Part shown: positions 1 to 13,000 of the stretch, in pieces
Position numbering within the stretch: position 1 is the stretch's first letter
How the letters are laid out: each line of letters starts with the position of its first letter
NCBI GenBank assembly: GCA_043228905.1
Contig: JBHGNT010000001.1
Location: forward strand, 1,364,001 to 1,428,000
DNA: 64,000 nt
DNA from: Azolla caroliniana
Taxonomy: Eukaryota; Plantae; Polypodiophyta
Direction of reading: 5' to 3'
Notes under the pieces: generated by a model
Seen by the model: the letters and a program-made list of their open reading frames with translations, nothing else
Database searches by the model: none
What the model was told of the DNA's origin: nothing
Made by a program: the position numbers and the translations under genes

Positions 1-2809
1 CACTGCTTTCTCCTCATAAAGTAATGGTTGTTCTCTAATAAATTCCACAAAACCACCAACACATAGTAAACCCACAAGAGTGATGCAGTAGGATTTTCCC
101 GCCCCAATATCTGGTATGTAACCATTCCTATGTTGTTTGTATACGAGGGCCTAGATCTGCCCATGCATGGTGATACCACACTTAAGCTTGCCAACTTTGT
201 AGTCGTCCATAGTCCACCACGACAAAATAATGACCACTAACATAATGTCCTATTTTACTAAAATATGCATGTTTGACATTCTAAAATTACAATTCACATC
301 CTGGAACTATTGTCGTCCTAATGTATATCCAATCAATAATTAGCCCACTAACTTTATCACAAAAATAGTCGATAGATGAAACATGTCGCAACATAATCCA
401 TCCCAAATGTAAATTATCATTATTGCCAAAGTTCCAAAAATGATCATGTGTATGTTCCTTACATGAAACGGGGATAAATTTATCTTTATCGCGATTTAAA
501 GCATTAATAGTTCAACTTGAAGGAAGGTTCAAACAATAGGCTTGTGGTGGCCACTACCATTAGCAAGGAGAAAGTGCTAAAAAATGACGATGTGATTTGC
601 AGCACCTATTGTGTGCAAGATAAAATGTGATCATCCTTGGTTTTCACCATGGAAGTATTTCATATTAATATTCATAACATCATATTTAGTGCACGATAGA
701 ACATTATGAAGTAAAAGTGTCCATCATACGAGAAGTATTAGACCTATGATAAAGATAGGATACATCCTACATGTTGAATGCTCATAGCTTTATGATGATT
801 TGATACAACGTCATTCAACACACTTCTCCACTTCATTTGTTTCTGTCAATCGTTCACCACATCATCTCTATCTTGCACCCACCACATGTACTTTCCAAAG
901 GTGTAGTTCTTATCCATCAAAGTTTATATATTCACTATTTTAGACCCATAACATATGCACCACATTTCCCCAAAATGAACAATCTATGTTTTACCTCGTA
1001 AAAAGCATAAGAATTTGTGCATAAATATATGTGCTTAGAAAGAAGACGAAGTGCTGGCCATTTGTTACAAAAATCCATCACATGTTTTTATTTGAAATTC
1101 CACTTATTGTCTTTTCTCCAAATTGGCACAATGTATGAAATTCAAATAACTACCTCTAAATCACTGAATTTGCATCCCCTCTCTTGTAATATTAAACAAA
1201 TGATTCACACATTCTTCCATCAACCAACCTTTTTTTGAAATGTTGGTATTGTCTCAACAAATGTAAGTGGCTTGTTGTTATTGTACATTCATGATGAGTT
1301 TGCTGATGAATGGATATGAATCATGATTTGCTCATTGTGATTTGACACACCTTTGGGTTCTCAAGACTTGTTGCAATATCGATGAAAACAACCTCAAATT
1401 TGTTATACGAAATGACTTGTCACTTACAAATGTTCAATGCAACTCTTCATATATCAACTCTTAAATTTCTTATTATAATTGTTTATTAAATAACTCTAAA
1501 TTTCCTACAAAAGTTTGATTAGCACCTTTTACATGCATGTATGGAGGCAATGTTCTCCTCGAAAAATGATTTAAATATATGTTTTCAAAACACACAATTT
1601 TTGTGGCGTTGACTTGAGATCCCATCCTAAATGTAGGAATTGCATGCACATGGTGTCACATGTATCCTTCACACATGGTGTCACGTGTATACCCAACCAT
1701 ACTTTAATGCATTTTGTTGTCCTTTTTTGGGTATGAAGGTACATGGAGAAAGTTTATCCCATAAGCCCCATGAAGATCATTTATCAATATGTCTCACGCA
1801 CAAACTCACGCTTGACATTTTTAGGCGTGCCTCATTTGAGGAGTAAAATATCACAATCTTTTAAAAAAGAGTCATATTGTGAGATGCACATAAACACATG
1901 CACATGCACACCACAATATGAACTCGTAAGTAGCTAGTCTTTGCATCCATTCATCCATGCGACAACCTATCTCCTTCATTGCCAACCGTACATACTACGA
2001 AGCAACTCCATACAAGTTAGCTCGTATTACCTTTGGGTTGACACAAGGTTTCAGTGCATTGGTGACAAGTCATGACACTCATCAATTGCGCATGGTCTAC
2101 ACCAAACAACTTTATGAGTCCAAGCATCACACTCTACCACAATGCTCCATCGTTAATCACATTTAAGGTTACTTTCCCACATTTTTTGCCATGACCTATA
2201 CCTATATGCCATACTCTCTTAGTCATGGTGACACTCTCAATTGCAATGTTCATAAAATAAAATGGTGAAAATAATGTATTACTAAATACACATACAATGC
2301 ATGAAAACATTGCTTCACTTTCGTCCCATATGCCATGCTTCACATCTAAAGACTAAGGATAATAAAACTTCTCTCTCTAATTTATGCATGTTTTCTTTTG
2401 AAAAGTTTCTTAATTAGAAGATGATATTTTCAAGAATGCAAATTTGTAAGACAATGTTTTTTTCTCTCCATGACCTATCCAATAAAACCCTTCATGTTAA
2501 ATAGTTGATATTTTAAAAACATATTGAAAAACTTCCAAGCAAATCTTTGAATCATTGGAACTCATTCAAATTTAGTACACTTACTACATTAACACTAATT
2601 ACAATGCAAATGATAGTAAGTTCATGGTTAATCACTCTCATTACAATGCTAATCACAATATTACTCATTGCGATTATGACATATTAAAGTTTGGTGTTTT
2701 TTTAAGTAATTGAAGAAAATTCTTAAAAAGATCAATAAGCTGTTTTGGTATATATGAAAGTTGAAACACCAAATTACCTCAAGTAGCCATAATTACTCAT
2801 CGTATCCCC

Positions 2810-2895
2810 AAATGCTCATAAGAGGAAAGTTTCAAGGGAAAAAAATGCTCATAAGAGGAAAGTTTCAAGGGAAAAAAATGCTCATAAGAGGAAAG
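2810..2895. repeat. 33-bp tandem repeat, about 2.6 copies (AAATGCTCATAAGAGGAAAGTTTCAAGGGAAAA)
   Basis: Unit starts at 2810, 2843 and 2876, read directly from the sequence. Confidence 0.9.
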
Positions 2896-5399
2896 GGGCA
2901 CAAATGCAACATAATGAATGCTCAAACAATTGATATAATAGTGAAGAAATAATCATAATTAACCATATTAGTGTTAATCATTGCATATAAGTGTTAAAGT
3001 GGTGGTTAACCAAGACATTTGTAGAAATATAGAAACAATTGATATAGTTGAGAAGAAGGATTATAATTGACCATATAAGTGCTAATCACCGCGTATAAGT
3101 CTTAAAGAGGTGGTTAACCAAGTTCCTTCTCTCGATGGAAGGTTTCCACTTGAAATTTACCACGCAAAATAGGGTCATACACATTCACTTGTCGCTTTCA
3201 TTTCTTGTAGTACTCTCACCTCTACGTTGCATATCTTATAAAGTTATACATATATGCTCGATACATAATACTAGAGAGAGAGAGTTGAGGCTTGACCTTA
3301 GATAATTTTGGAGTTTGTTGAAGCGTGAAAATTATTACACATCCCACCCAATTATGGGTTTATTTGGAAGTAATTAAATAATATAACATGGATGTAAGTT
3401 CTTTACATATACAAACAACAACAGAGGAATCGTGGGTTGATTGACATTCACAAGTTTTGTTTACCTTTTCTACAAGTGATTACTAATATATTGGACATTG
3501 ATTTGTTGAGCTATTCTATTACTATCACCTAAGCTCGAACATGAATAGAAAATATGTAACTTGGATTATGCGGAAGATCTTGAAATGTAGTTAGCATCTA
3601 AATTATCACTTCTAACAAAGGTGTTTATTTGGAGACTATTTTGATTGGGGGTTTGCCTTTGGGATTACATCTAAATAGACATAGACTAGCAACAAAGAGT
3701 AGTTTCTTTTGATTTGTCCAAGTGGAAGATCACATTCATCGTTTTGTACAATGTCTGATTCCTCATTAGGTTTGGGGTTACATTTCTCCAATTTGGGCAA
3801 GTTTTGTAACCTTTCTATTTGGTAATGGGTGTATGTAGAATTCACACATGTCGACACGAAATCAGTGATGGAGTCCATTTTCCTATTTTTGAGATATTAG
3901 GGATTATGCCATAATTAGGATATGTGCACCGTTTTTGTTTTTAATGTAGACATGGAATTAACGCATGTTTATGAAAGTTGAAGGGAGTTTTGTTTATTCG
4001 TACAAGTCAAAATTGTTTCCTTGGTGGAGTGTTTGTCTTGCTTATTGGTGTTTCAACATGTTCGCTAGTCATGTAACAGGGACACCAAAGAGTTGTGCTA
4101 CAATTGTAGTGTTTTCCACCAAGGAGAGAGAAAGAAAGAACAAAGGGGCTATCTCCTCACATCTTCTTGTTGCTTCCGTTTCCCTCCTATATACAACATA
4201 ACTAACCATTGATTAGGGTGAATTAGACTTTCCTTTATGTCATCTTTATGAAAGAATTTTAAGGCAACCATTTTGTCTTGCTCTTTAATGCATGCCAAAC
4301 GAGGTTTCAAACTTTCACCCTCACACCATACTAGTTCACAACGGGATGTGGGTTTTGTTATAGGACAATATATCCTCATCACGAACCTATGTGTTTTCTA
4401 TTGTCGCGCACACTATTGGGAGAGCCAATTGGTCATCAAGAAATTCTAAGTATGTGTTAACACATTTCATTTATCATTCTCTTTTGAATGTATTCACTAA
4501 GTCTCACACTAAAACAATTTGCATGTCGATAAATAATTTGATCGCTGAAAGTTTTCTGTCTCTAAAATGGTTTCTCATCTCTCTAGCTCTTTTGGTCTAT
4601 TTACCTCATTTTATTTCTCTAGGTAGTTAGAAGTCCCACTTCAAAGTAACATTATTTTATATATTTAGTACGTAATTGTGTATTCTCACTAGTTCAAGAA
4701 TCAAAACACTTGTTAAAAAGATTTTACACTTGTCCTGTATCATAACTAATATGAGAGCTTTGAATATTGGTTGAGAATGTGGGATAAGATAGATTCATAC
4801 GTATACAAATGTTTTAGATTACACGACAAAGATGTTACAAATGAGAATATGGCAATTGACACTATTGAAAATGTCCAATCCAAGATGGATGAAACATATC
4901 CACAAAGGACAACTTTTTTGTTTCATCATGCACAACATAAAGGGGTGTTACAGTAAAATTCTAGAGCCACGTGCATACCTAGAGAGTGAATATTGTGACT
5001 AACAACCTTTGTAGTTCAACAAAATGGACATTTAAATGACCCAACAACTTTCCTATATAATTTTGCATATCATCAATTGGCCTTGATTATGATACTTTAG
5101 ATAGTAGCATCCCCCATCAATCTAGATCCATACTTTAAAAAAAAGCCTATACAGCCACATAATCTCATATATTGCAAAACATGCTCCTTCAAACTCCATG
5201 CCGACACCTTAACACAACATGATTGCCTGCCTAAACTTTCAAGAGGTTAGGTATTAGGCACGCGTAGAAGCACAATACCTTTACCTTTGTTGTAAATAAT
5301 GTTGCAGTCTACTTTTCTTGCCACACAATACATTTGTACTCTTAGTTGAATCAATACACCAAAATTTGCAACCACACTCTCTTAGTTGAATCAAAACAT

Positions 5400-5800
5400 C
5401 AAATTTTGCGACCACACACATCACACAAATGGATATAGTTCCGAATCAATTCACCATATCATTATATCGAGATCCAAGAATGATACATGGTGGAGAGTTA
5501 CACTCCATGAATCGAAGAAAAATTGAGTACTACACCCTAAGGCATGACAAATCAAAGGTGTCCACCATCCCCAATATTCACAAACCTAGCCAAAACTGAA
5601 TGGAAGCATTACATACCCATACACATGTAGATCCTATATACACTATAATGTCTCCCCATTTGCAACTAACTCAAGTTCACGTGTCCCATTACTTTGTTCG
5701 GAAAACTTGCCAACATTGTGGAAAGATTCGTGCAATGCCAAAGAAGTCGCCCCACCAGATTCTTGTAACAAATCTGTATGCAAGTTAAAAATGAACCATT
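5400..5800 (-). mobile_element. Possible highly degenerate Ty3/gypsy reverse transcriptase remnant
   Basis: Minus-strand translation near 5520-5570 gives GHL*FVMP*G, resembling the gypsy RT motif GHYEFLVMPFG. It has multiple stops and no intact ORF. Confidence 0.3.
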
Positions 5801-7074
5801 TTTGACGAAATAGAAATAGAAACCTTGATTTTTTTTTCTTAGAAGCAAAAATTATGAGCATGTAAAATTCAAGTCTTGCTAACCTTAATTTTTAATATGC
5901 AAACATTAATATGATTATGGAAATTATGGCATTTATCGGGGACACATGGTTGAGTTTGGCATCACTTCTAAAATAATTCTCTATTAAAAAATATAAGAAA
6001 GGGATACCTAGATGTCGAAGATTTTTTTGATCACAACCGTTGAACTATATTATACCATCACATTCAACTAAATCATGGTCTCGATGAAATCATACTGAAA
6101 GCATTTCTTTCAAAACTATGTGGGGTTTTGATTAGCGATATTATTATGGTATAAATCACGCTCAACTTTACCAGATTTCTGAATCGCCACTTCTCGGAAG
6201 ATAAAAGCATGAACTTCTCTAAGATCTTTTTCGCCATTCAGATTCGGAGATTCGTCCCTGTTGCTAATGCTTTCCATGTGTGAATCAGAAAGCTGTCAAA
6301 AACAAAAGGACCTATTTGCATCACACTATCAAACATTTTTACTTGTTAAAAAGACAGAAAAAGAACATACAAAAAGACATACAAAAAAGACACGGTTACA
6401 CATGGAAGGCCTAGCAATGAGTTTTGTGTATTGCAATCTGAAAGTGCTAGATTATGATGGATTAGAAGGAGACTAACATTTTGCATACTGCACAAGACAC
6501 TCCAGTTCTCTGTTTGTGCACATCCTAATTGGGCTACATATGGATGTTTTCCTAAATAGGTGGACAGAACATACCATTATAAAATGGTCTTTAAGATCAC
6601 AGATCAGATGCATGGAAACATGACAATCATAAAATGAACAGTGTGTGGCCAATCTATGTGGCTCAATCCTAGACTCGAGGGATGATTCAGAGGGTTGAAA
6701 TAAAATATTATATTAAGGTCTTTTAAGAAGCCAAATGGCATAGACATTGATTTTTATAAGGGAAAATTTCAACTCCTATTGAATGGAAGTTGTACACCAC
6801 TGATCATACCCAACAGAAAGCATGGATTTCTGGATTGTCTTCATATCGCATGACAATGTTCACCCCTTAACGTAAAGATGGTGTAACGAATTCAAAAAAA
6901 ATGAATTTATGTATCTTATTACAGCAGGACAATTGATAAGTTTCTATAAAGATGGTGTATCGAATAAAAAAATACATTACATTATTCAACATAACATAAT
7001 CTCCATTCACTCATGGATGCATGCACCCCCCCCTCCCCCCCCCCCCCTCCCCCAACACACACACAGACACGAGA

Positions 7075-10000
7075 TTATCTCACCACTATATGAGATCTTG
7101 GGGTAAAGGGCTGAATAGATGGCCTGAACGTGCATTCTGCGAGTTCTGCCTTTTCTTTTTCTTTCCGGAGATTTTCCACTTTTGTTTGCCACTTTGCTCT
7201 GTCCGTTAAAATCATTTTATACCACTGATTCTTTGAACTACAGCAAATAACACATAATATATATATATTCGATCTTCAAGCTTACATTATGTACAAATTC
7301 ATCAATGAGAACCCAATTTCAGCTAGAAAAAACTCAATAGGCCATCTATAATACAGACGATATATGAGCAGATGAATGAACCTCTAATAGCATAAATTTG
7401 TGCAATTAGGGATAGGAAATGAAACAACAACTACAAAACAAAGATGAATGGCATGAAGTGCCAATCCTCACTGGTATACTGGTATAATGATTCGTGAAGA
7501 AAAAACATGTGATGTATTGATGGGAAAAGCTCCATGGGTACAATGTGTCATGAGTACTTGAGACAAAAACATCTAAGGAAACTATAATACAATAGAATGC
7601 CACGGTAGGAAAAAAAACAAGAACTGTTTCCCCCTCTATAGTTTACATTGCAACAGAGACAAGTACCTGAATCTTCTTTTCTTGTTTGCCAGGTCACGAG
7701 AGTTCTGATCCATCTTGAACTCAAAAGAAAAATTCTCGACATCATGCTGTGTTTTCTTTGTGCTTCGTGTGTCCAAATATGACGATCCCTTTTTCTCCTT
7801 CTACAAAAGAAAATATATAATTTGAAAAGAAAATGCCAGATATAAAATAAAAAAGTTTGGCATTATTTTCTGAAGTATCTTATATTGCAGGAAGCAGAAT
7901 CAATTTCTAACCTGGATATGACTCAACAAATCCAGAAACTCTTGGAAAGAGATGTGCTTCTTATCCAAATTCTCCAAGTTTCTCAAGTCAAAAGCATCAG
8001 CAACTACCTCCTCTGGTAGCTGCTTGAGTTCTGTTGGATCAATGTCAATAAATCCATCCTAGAAATCAGAAAAAAAGAATGTAAGATATATTGATTAGCG
8101 TTTTTTAAGAACCAACATGACTATGAGACAAAATGGATGAGAAGTTACGTCTTAAAGTGAAGAGAAGTATACAGAGATTTAAATCTAGATGATTTGAGAA
8201 GCTTGAAAGGAGATTAGAAAACTAATTAGTGGTATAAATCTGAAGGTTTATCAACATAGGTTCTATGATAGAGAAACCATACCATCCTAAGTCATAATAA
8301 ATACATTATTATGGTTTCCTTATCTATAGATTTGAAAACTTAAATATATGAATATAAAGAAATATTTAAATATTTTAGTTTCCAACAGGATGTTAAAGTT
8401 GAGCTTCATTGGCTAAAATACAGACCATCAAAAGCTACAGAAAATATTAGGTAGAAATTACAATAAGCCTTACCATTACATAATGTAGGAGAAAACAAAT
8501 TTCTTATAAAATACATGTTAAAACAAAGCAAATCTGCCAAAGGAATCCAGTCAGCACACCAAGTCAAATCTTCAAAAACTCTTTACTGTTTTTTTCAAGT
8601 GTACTTTCATTAATATTATTAGTTAGACATGATTTTGACAAGTGAGGTTTTTTCGAGATTTTCCTTTCACTGCTATTTTCAGAAGAAATGCGAAAGTCCT
8701 GGCATCAGGAGACCACTAATTCTCTCCTGGCATATATGACGGCGCTTCACGTATCTTGGACTATCTACATGATAAGACTTGTTGCTTTCCCTTTTCCTAA
8801 AAAGCTGATGATATTGCCAAAACAAAATGAAACTACATTGCAACGCAAAGATCCAGTTTGTGGAATCATTTCTTATCGTTGCAAGAGAAAAACACTTTGT
8901 TTTGGTAATGAAACTAAGTCACTTGGACTAAAGAGCTCAATTATTTGATAAAGCTTCCAAAATTTCAACCTACTTTGTTAAGGTGATGAAATCAGTAGTC
9001 CTTAAAATGAGCTGAACAAACACTCGACAAAGATTTCCCAGAAACAGAGGAATTTTCGAACGGAAAGCTATAAAATATTGAAAACATATTTTATAGGGTT
9101 TAGGCTGCACAAGATGCATGATGGGTATGTTGTTCAGTCTATATGGTAAGTGCCATGCACAACTATATGAAATAACTATATCATATAATTACTATAAAGG
9201 ATGCAAAAGAAAGATACTTTGTGAATTAATTGCATATTGCATCAAATTAGTATATTTGGAACAGATTGAATAAATCCATTTGAAGACTGTCCCTGGACAT
9301 TACTGATCCTTGGATCTAAATGCAAGGATGGGAAATATAAAAGCACAACTGATAGCTTGATGGTGTATTTTGATAAAAAGGAAAATCTTCACTCCAACCC
9401 TCCAACCCGATTAATTCAGTAAATGAGGTAACAGAGTTGCCTAGAGTTGTGGGTGAATAGAAGATTTTTCCCAAAGGAAAAAACCTGCAAACAGCAATTT
9501 CTCAGATGAGATTTAGCCTCCATAAATCGTATCAGCCCTAAATATCCTCCTGCAGGCATTGTCCTCAACAGATAGGAACCACCAATAAATGAAGTTCTTT
9601 AAACAAAACCAACCATACAAGTCTTAAATATTGTGAAAACTAGTCCACCTCTACCCAATAGCATTTGCTGCCGCAGGGTGATGACAAATCAGTGTAGGTC
9701 AGTTTCAATGAGATGATCAATCTATTATTATACAAACAATTTTGCCCGTTGAATATAATCTGGGTATAGTTGAAGGCTAAATTGGAGGAAATCAGCGCAT
9801 AATGAAAGATGGCCAAGAACAGATATAGGAAACCATAAAAACAGCCTTCAAAAAATGTTAAAATCGATTACAGATCATGTGTGCACATAAATTTGGTCTA
9901 TCCACTAACCTCTGTGGTAGAGAATTCAAACCTAATAGAAATAATCTTAATGGAATGCTGCTACAAAGGGTTAGAATTTGACACAGGATTTCTCTACTGG

Positions 10001-13000
10001 TATCACAGGTGCAGGATAGAAATGGGGTGGTGTAAGATGCAGTTGGCAGTATATCAGCATGGAATCTCGAACATCCATAGATCCTTCTTCACCTTTGGCA
10101 GTCACTCTAGGTCATTGGCTTTCAACATGACGCCATCTAATTTAATATTATGACGCATATTCCCATATCTACAGGTCAGATCTCCACCTCATATTTTTCT
10201 AAACCTGCTGCCTATCAGCAGTATTATCAGTCTCATAATATTCTGTGTGAGAGGACAATTCCAATTACATCGTCTGTGTTTTGCAATTCCTGGATGATCC
10301 CACAGTGGATGCAATTGCTTAGGCCTCCACCCCTGCTTTTCCAAGGCCACCCAGAACAAAGGACATATCTAGAAAGTGTGTACAACAGAAGTACTAAGTT
10401 GAGATTTCCATGAGGATATTTTGGCTGACCTTTCAGCTACACAGGGTTCAGAGCATCAAAGATTACTTGTTGGTACAACCAACTTAAGGATCCTGAACAA
10501 ACAGAAAAATGTTTGCCATTTGATAATGAGCTAAGGCAGGAAAGATAATGTTATTTCTCCTAATACTATCTGCCACCTCTGTCTGAAAATACCAATTGTT
10601 TTAAACATCTTCACCAAATCCAACAGCAATGTCAAATTTATGGATTTCCTGCTCTTAAAGACTCTGACTGTCTAGAAGTAGTACCTTTGCACTATTTATT
10701 AACCAGCTTCTCCAAAAATTCTTTGCCAGTATTCAAAAGAGACACTATGCAATTTCAAGAGTTTCCTTTTCCAGTTAAAAGTCTCCATGAGCTTAAACAA
10801 ACCTTATCTTTGTCAAGGTATTGAAATACTTTGTGAAACTTCCGCTGCTTTGCACGGTTAAGTAATTGCTGGGATCTTGGACCCACATAATGCCCTCTAG
10901 CCAATTCCTGTCTTTCTCTCCGGTCCTTGGCTGCAATTTTCTTTTTCTTGTTCTCAATTTCAAACTTCTGCCGATATAAGAATTCACCAATTGGCAACGC
11001 TGAAGTATTTCTCTGCATGAATAATCCAGATCAAATACACAAATACAAGGAGACACATAAAATTTCTAATCTTTCCAATTATATAATTCTTCATAAACTG
11101 AAAATATGACTTCATACTCTACAATGTCTAAAGCAGCCATGACGAACATAAATTGAATTAAAGAAATTTGAATATATTTGCCAGTGGGGAAACCAAAATC
11201 ACTACTTGATCTTTCAAATCCTTTTCACTTACTATACACAGAATGATACGTTCTTCTTTATATGAGCTTTAACTTCATTCCTCAGGTTTATATAGGATAC
11301 ATAAGAAATTTATTAACGGCAGATCACACTTCAGTTTATAAAAATAGTTTTCTATGAGAGAATAATATTCTAAGAATACATTACTCCATACTTTCAGTTT
11401 TTGTACTGATGAAGATACTGCCTATCATATCACGTAGTAAATTTAGATTCGTCTCATGAGTGACTGTGTACTGCGCAGTTCACATTTAGTTTTGCAACTA
11501 TCTACATCATAGTTCTACTGTGATTTTTTCAATGTCATGACAAGGTGAGATCTGTTTTACCTGATGAAATGTTCCCAACCCACACATGGTATAATGCGTT
11601 TCATGTTTAGTACATATAATGAATTATTCTATGTTATAGTGTAGAACTACATCACTTACAGGTAAAGTTAAAAATAAATTTCCTCTGTCTAAATCTCAAT
11701 TCAAAAGCTTTAGATTGGTAGGCCAAGATTCTTGCCTCAGCATATGGTTTTCGACCTATCTTTGGTCTAAACAATTGCTGCCCAGTTGATGTGTCCAAAC
11801 CTTTTAAGCCCCTTTCTTGAGACTTCAGCATATTTTTCTTTTTCTCAGTTAGTCTTGCTGCATATTGGATAAGTCTTTCAAAAACATTTCCTTGATTATA
11901 CTTCCCATGGTCATCAATTAGCCCAGGACCTTTACTGTATCCATTGATGATGGGACGAAATGTGACTCTGTGATCGTTAAGTAGAGGTTAGCTTCCATAA
12001 GAAAAAATTGTATGTCATTGCAAAAAAAAGAAAAAAGATCATTGCCTTAGCATTCAACCCTCAAAATTTTCCACTCCGTGTATTTGTACATGTAATATGC
12101 ATGAAACAAGAAAAGGGTAGAGAAATGTGTGTTATAAAAGAGCCATAGGCCAACCCTTCTGGATACCACTGGTCATATTCAGCTTGACGCCTTCGGCGAT
12201 TCTCTGCATCCCAGAACAGCTGATCGAAACGGGAATATGTTAGATCATCTTCCTCTGGAGGTCGTTGATTCACACGTGGTCTGAACGTACATTCCATAAA
12301 TTTTGCCTCCCAAACCTGATTAAACATGTTGATTGTGCATTAGAATGACAGCCAAAACAAATCATACAAACATTTATATATACATTTGGAATAGTTTATC
12401 AACCTCTTGCCGTAACTCTTGAAGATCGTGTCGTGGTTTCTCATTCAAAAGCCTATCCCAAACTGGTCCTTCATTCCGTTTGAGTTGTTTTGCTAATTTG
12501 CTAGACAAAGAAAACTAGAGTAAAAAGCAGTATATGGCAAAAATGACTGGAATTCACACAAAAAGCGTATCGTGTTAAATTCATAATACCACTGACATCA
12601 TGTCTTTCCAACTACCTTATTTCAGGTTTCAGAGTAAGGGAGCTCATTTCTTTATCTTCATCTTCTTGCAGCTTTTTCTGTATTAGCTTTTGTTTTTCTT
12701 CTTCTTTATTAAGGCCTTCTCGGTAAAGCAACTCTCCATAATTCCGAAATTGCTTTGCTGCTCTTCCCCTAAGTTTCATAATTCTTCTAGTTTTCTGAAG
12801 AAGAAAGTAGTGAATAAGAAGAATATTTTGGGCTTCCATATGGGCTATTGTTGAAATCCATATTTTATGTATCCATAATCTTATCAGAATGACAAGTTAG
12901 ATAGCATCCCCTACTCTAAAAGGAAATGGGATAAAACCATGATGTTTTCCAACATAGCTCAATGATGACCTCCATTGTCTTCATATTCATGCTAAATTGC

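Noticed and set aside
1-5000. Short ORFs and faint transposase- or copia-like words in the first 5 kb
   Set aside because: No convincing motif series, termini or splice structure. Probably old TE debris that cannot be classified by eye.
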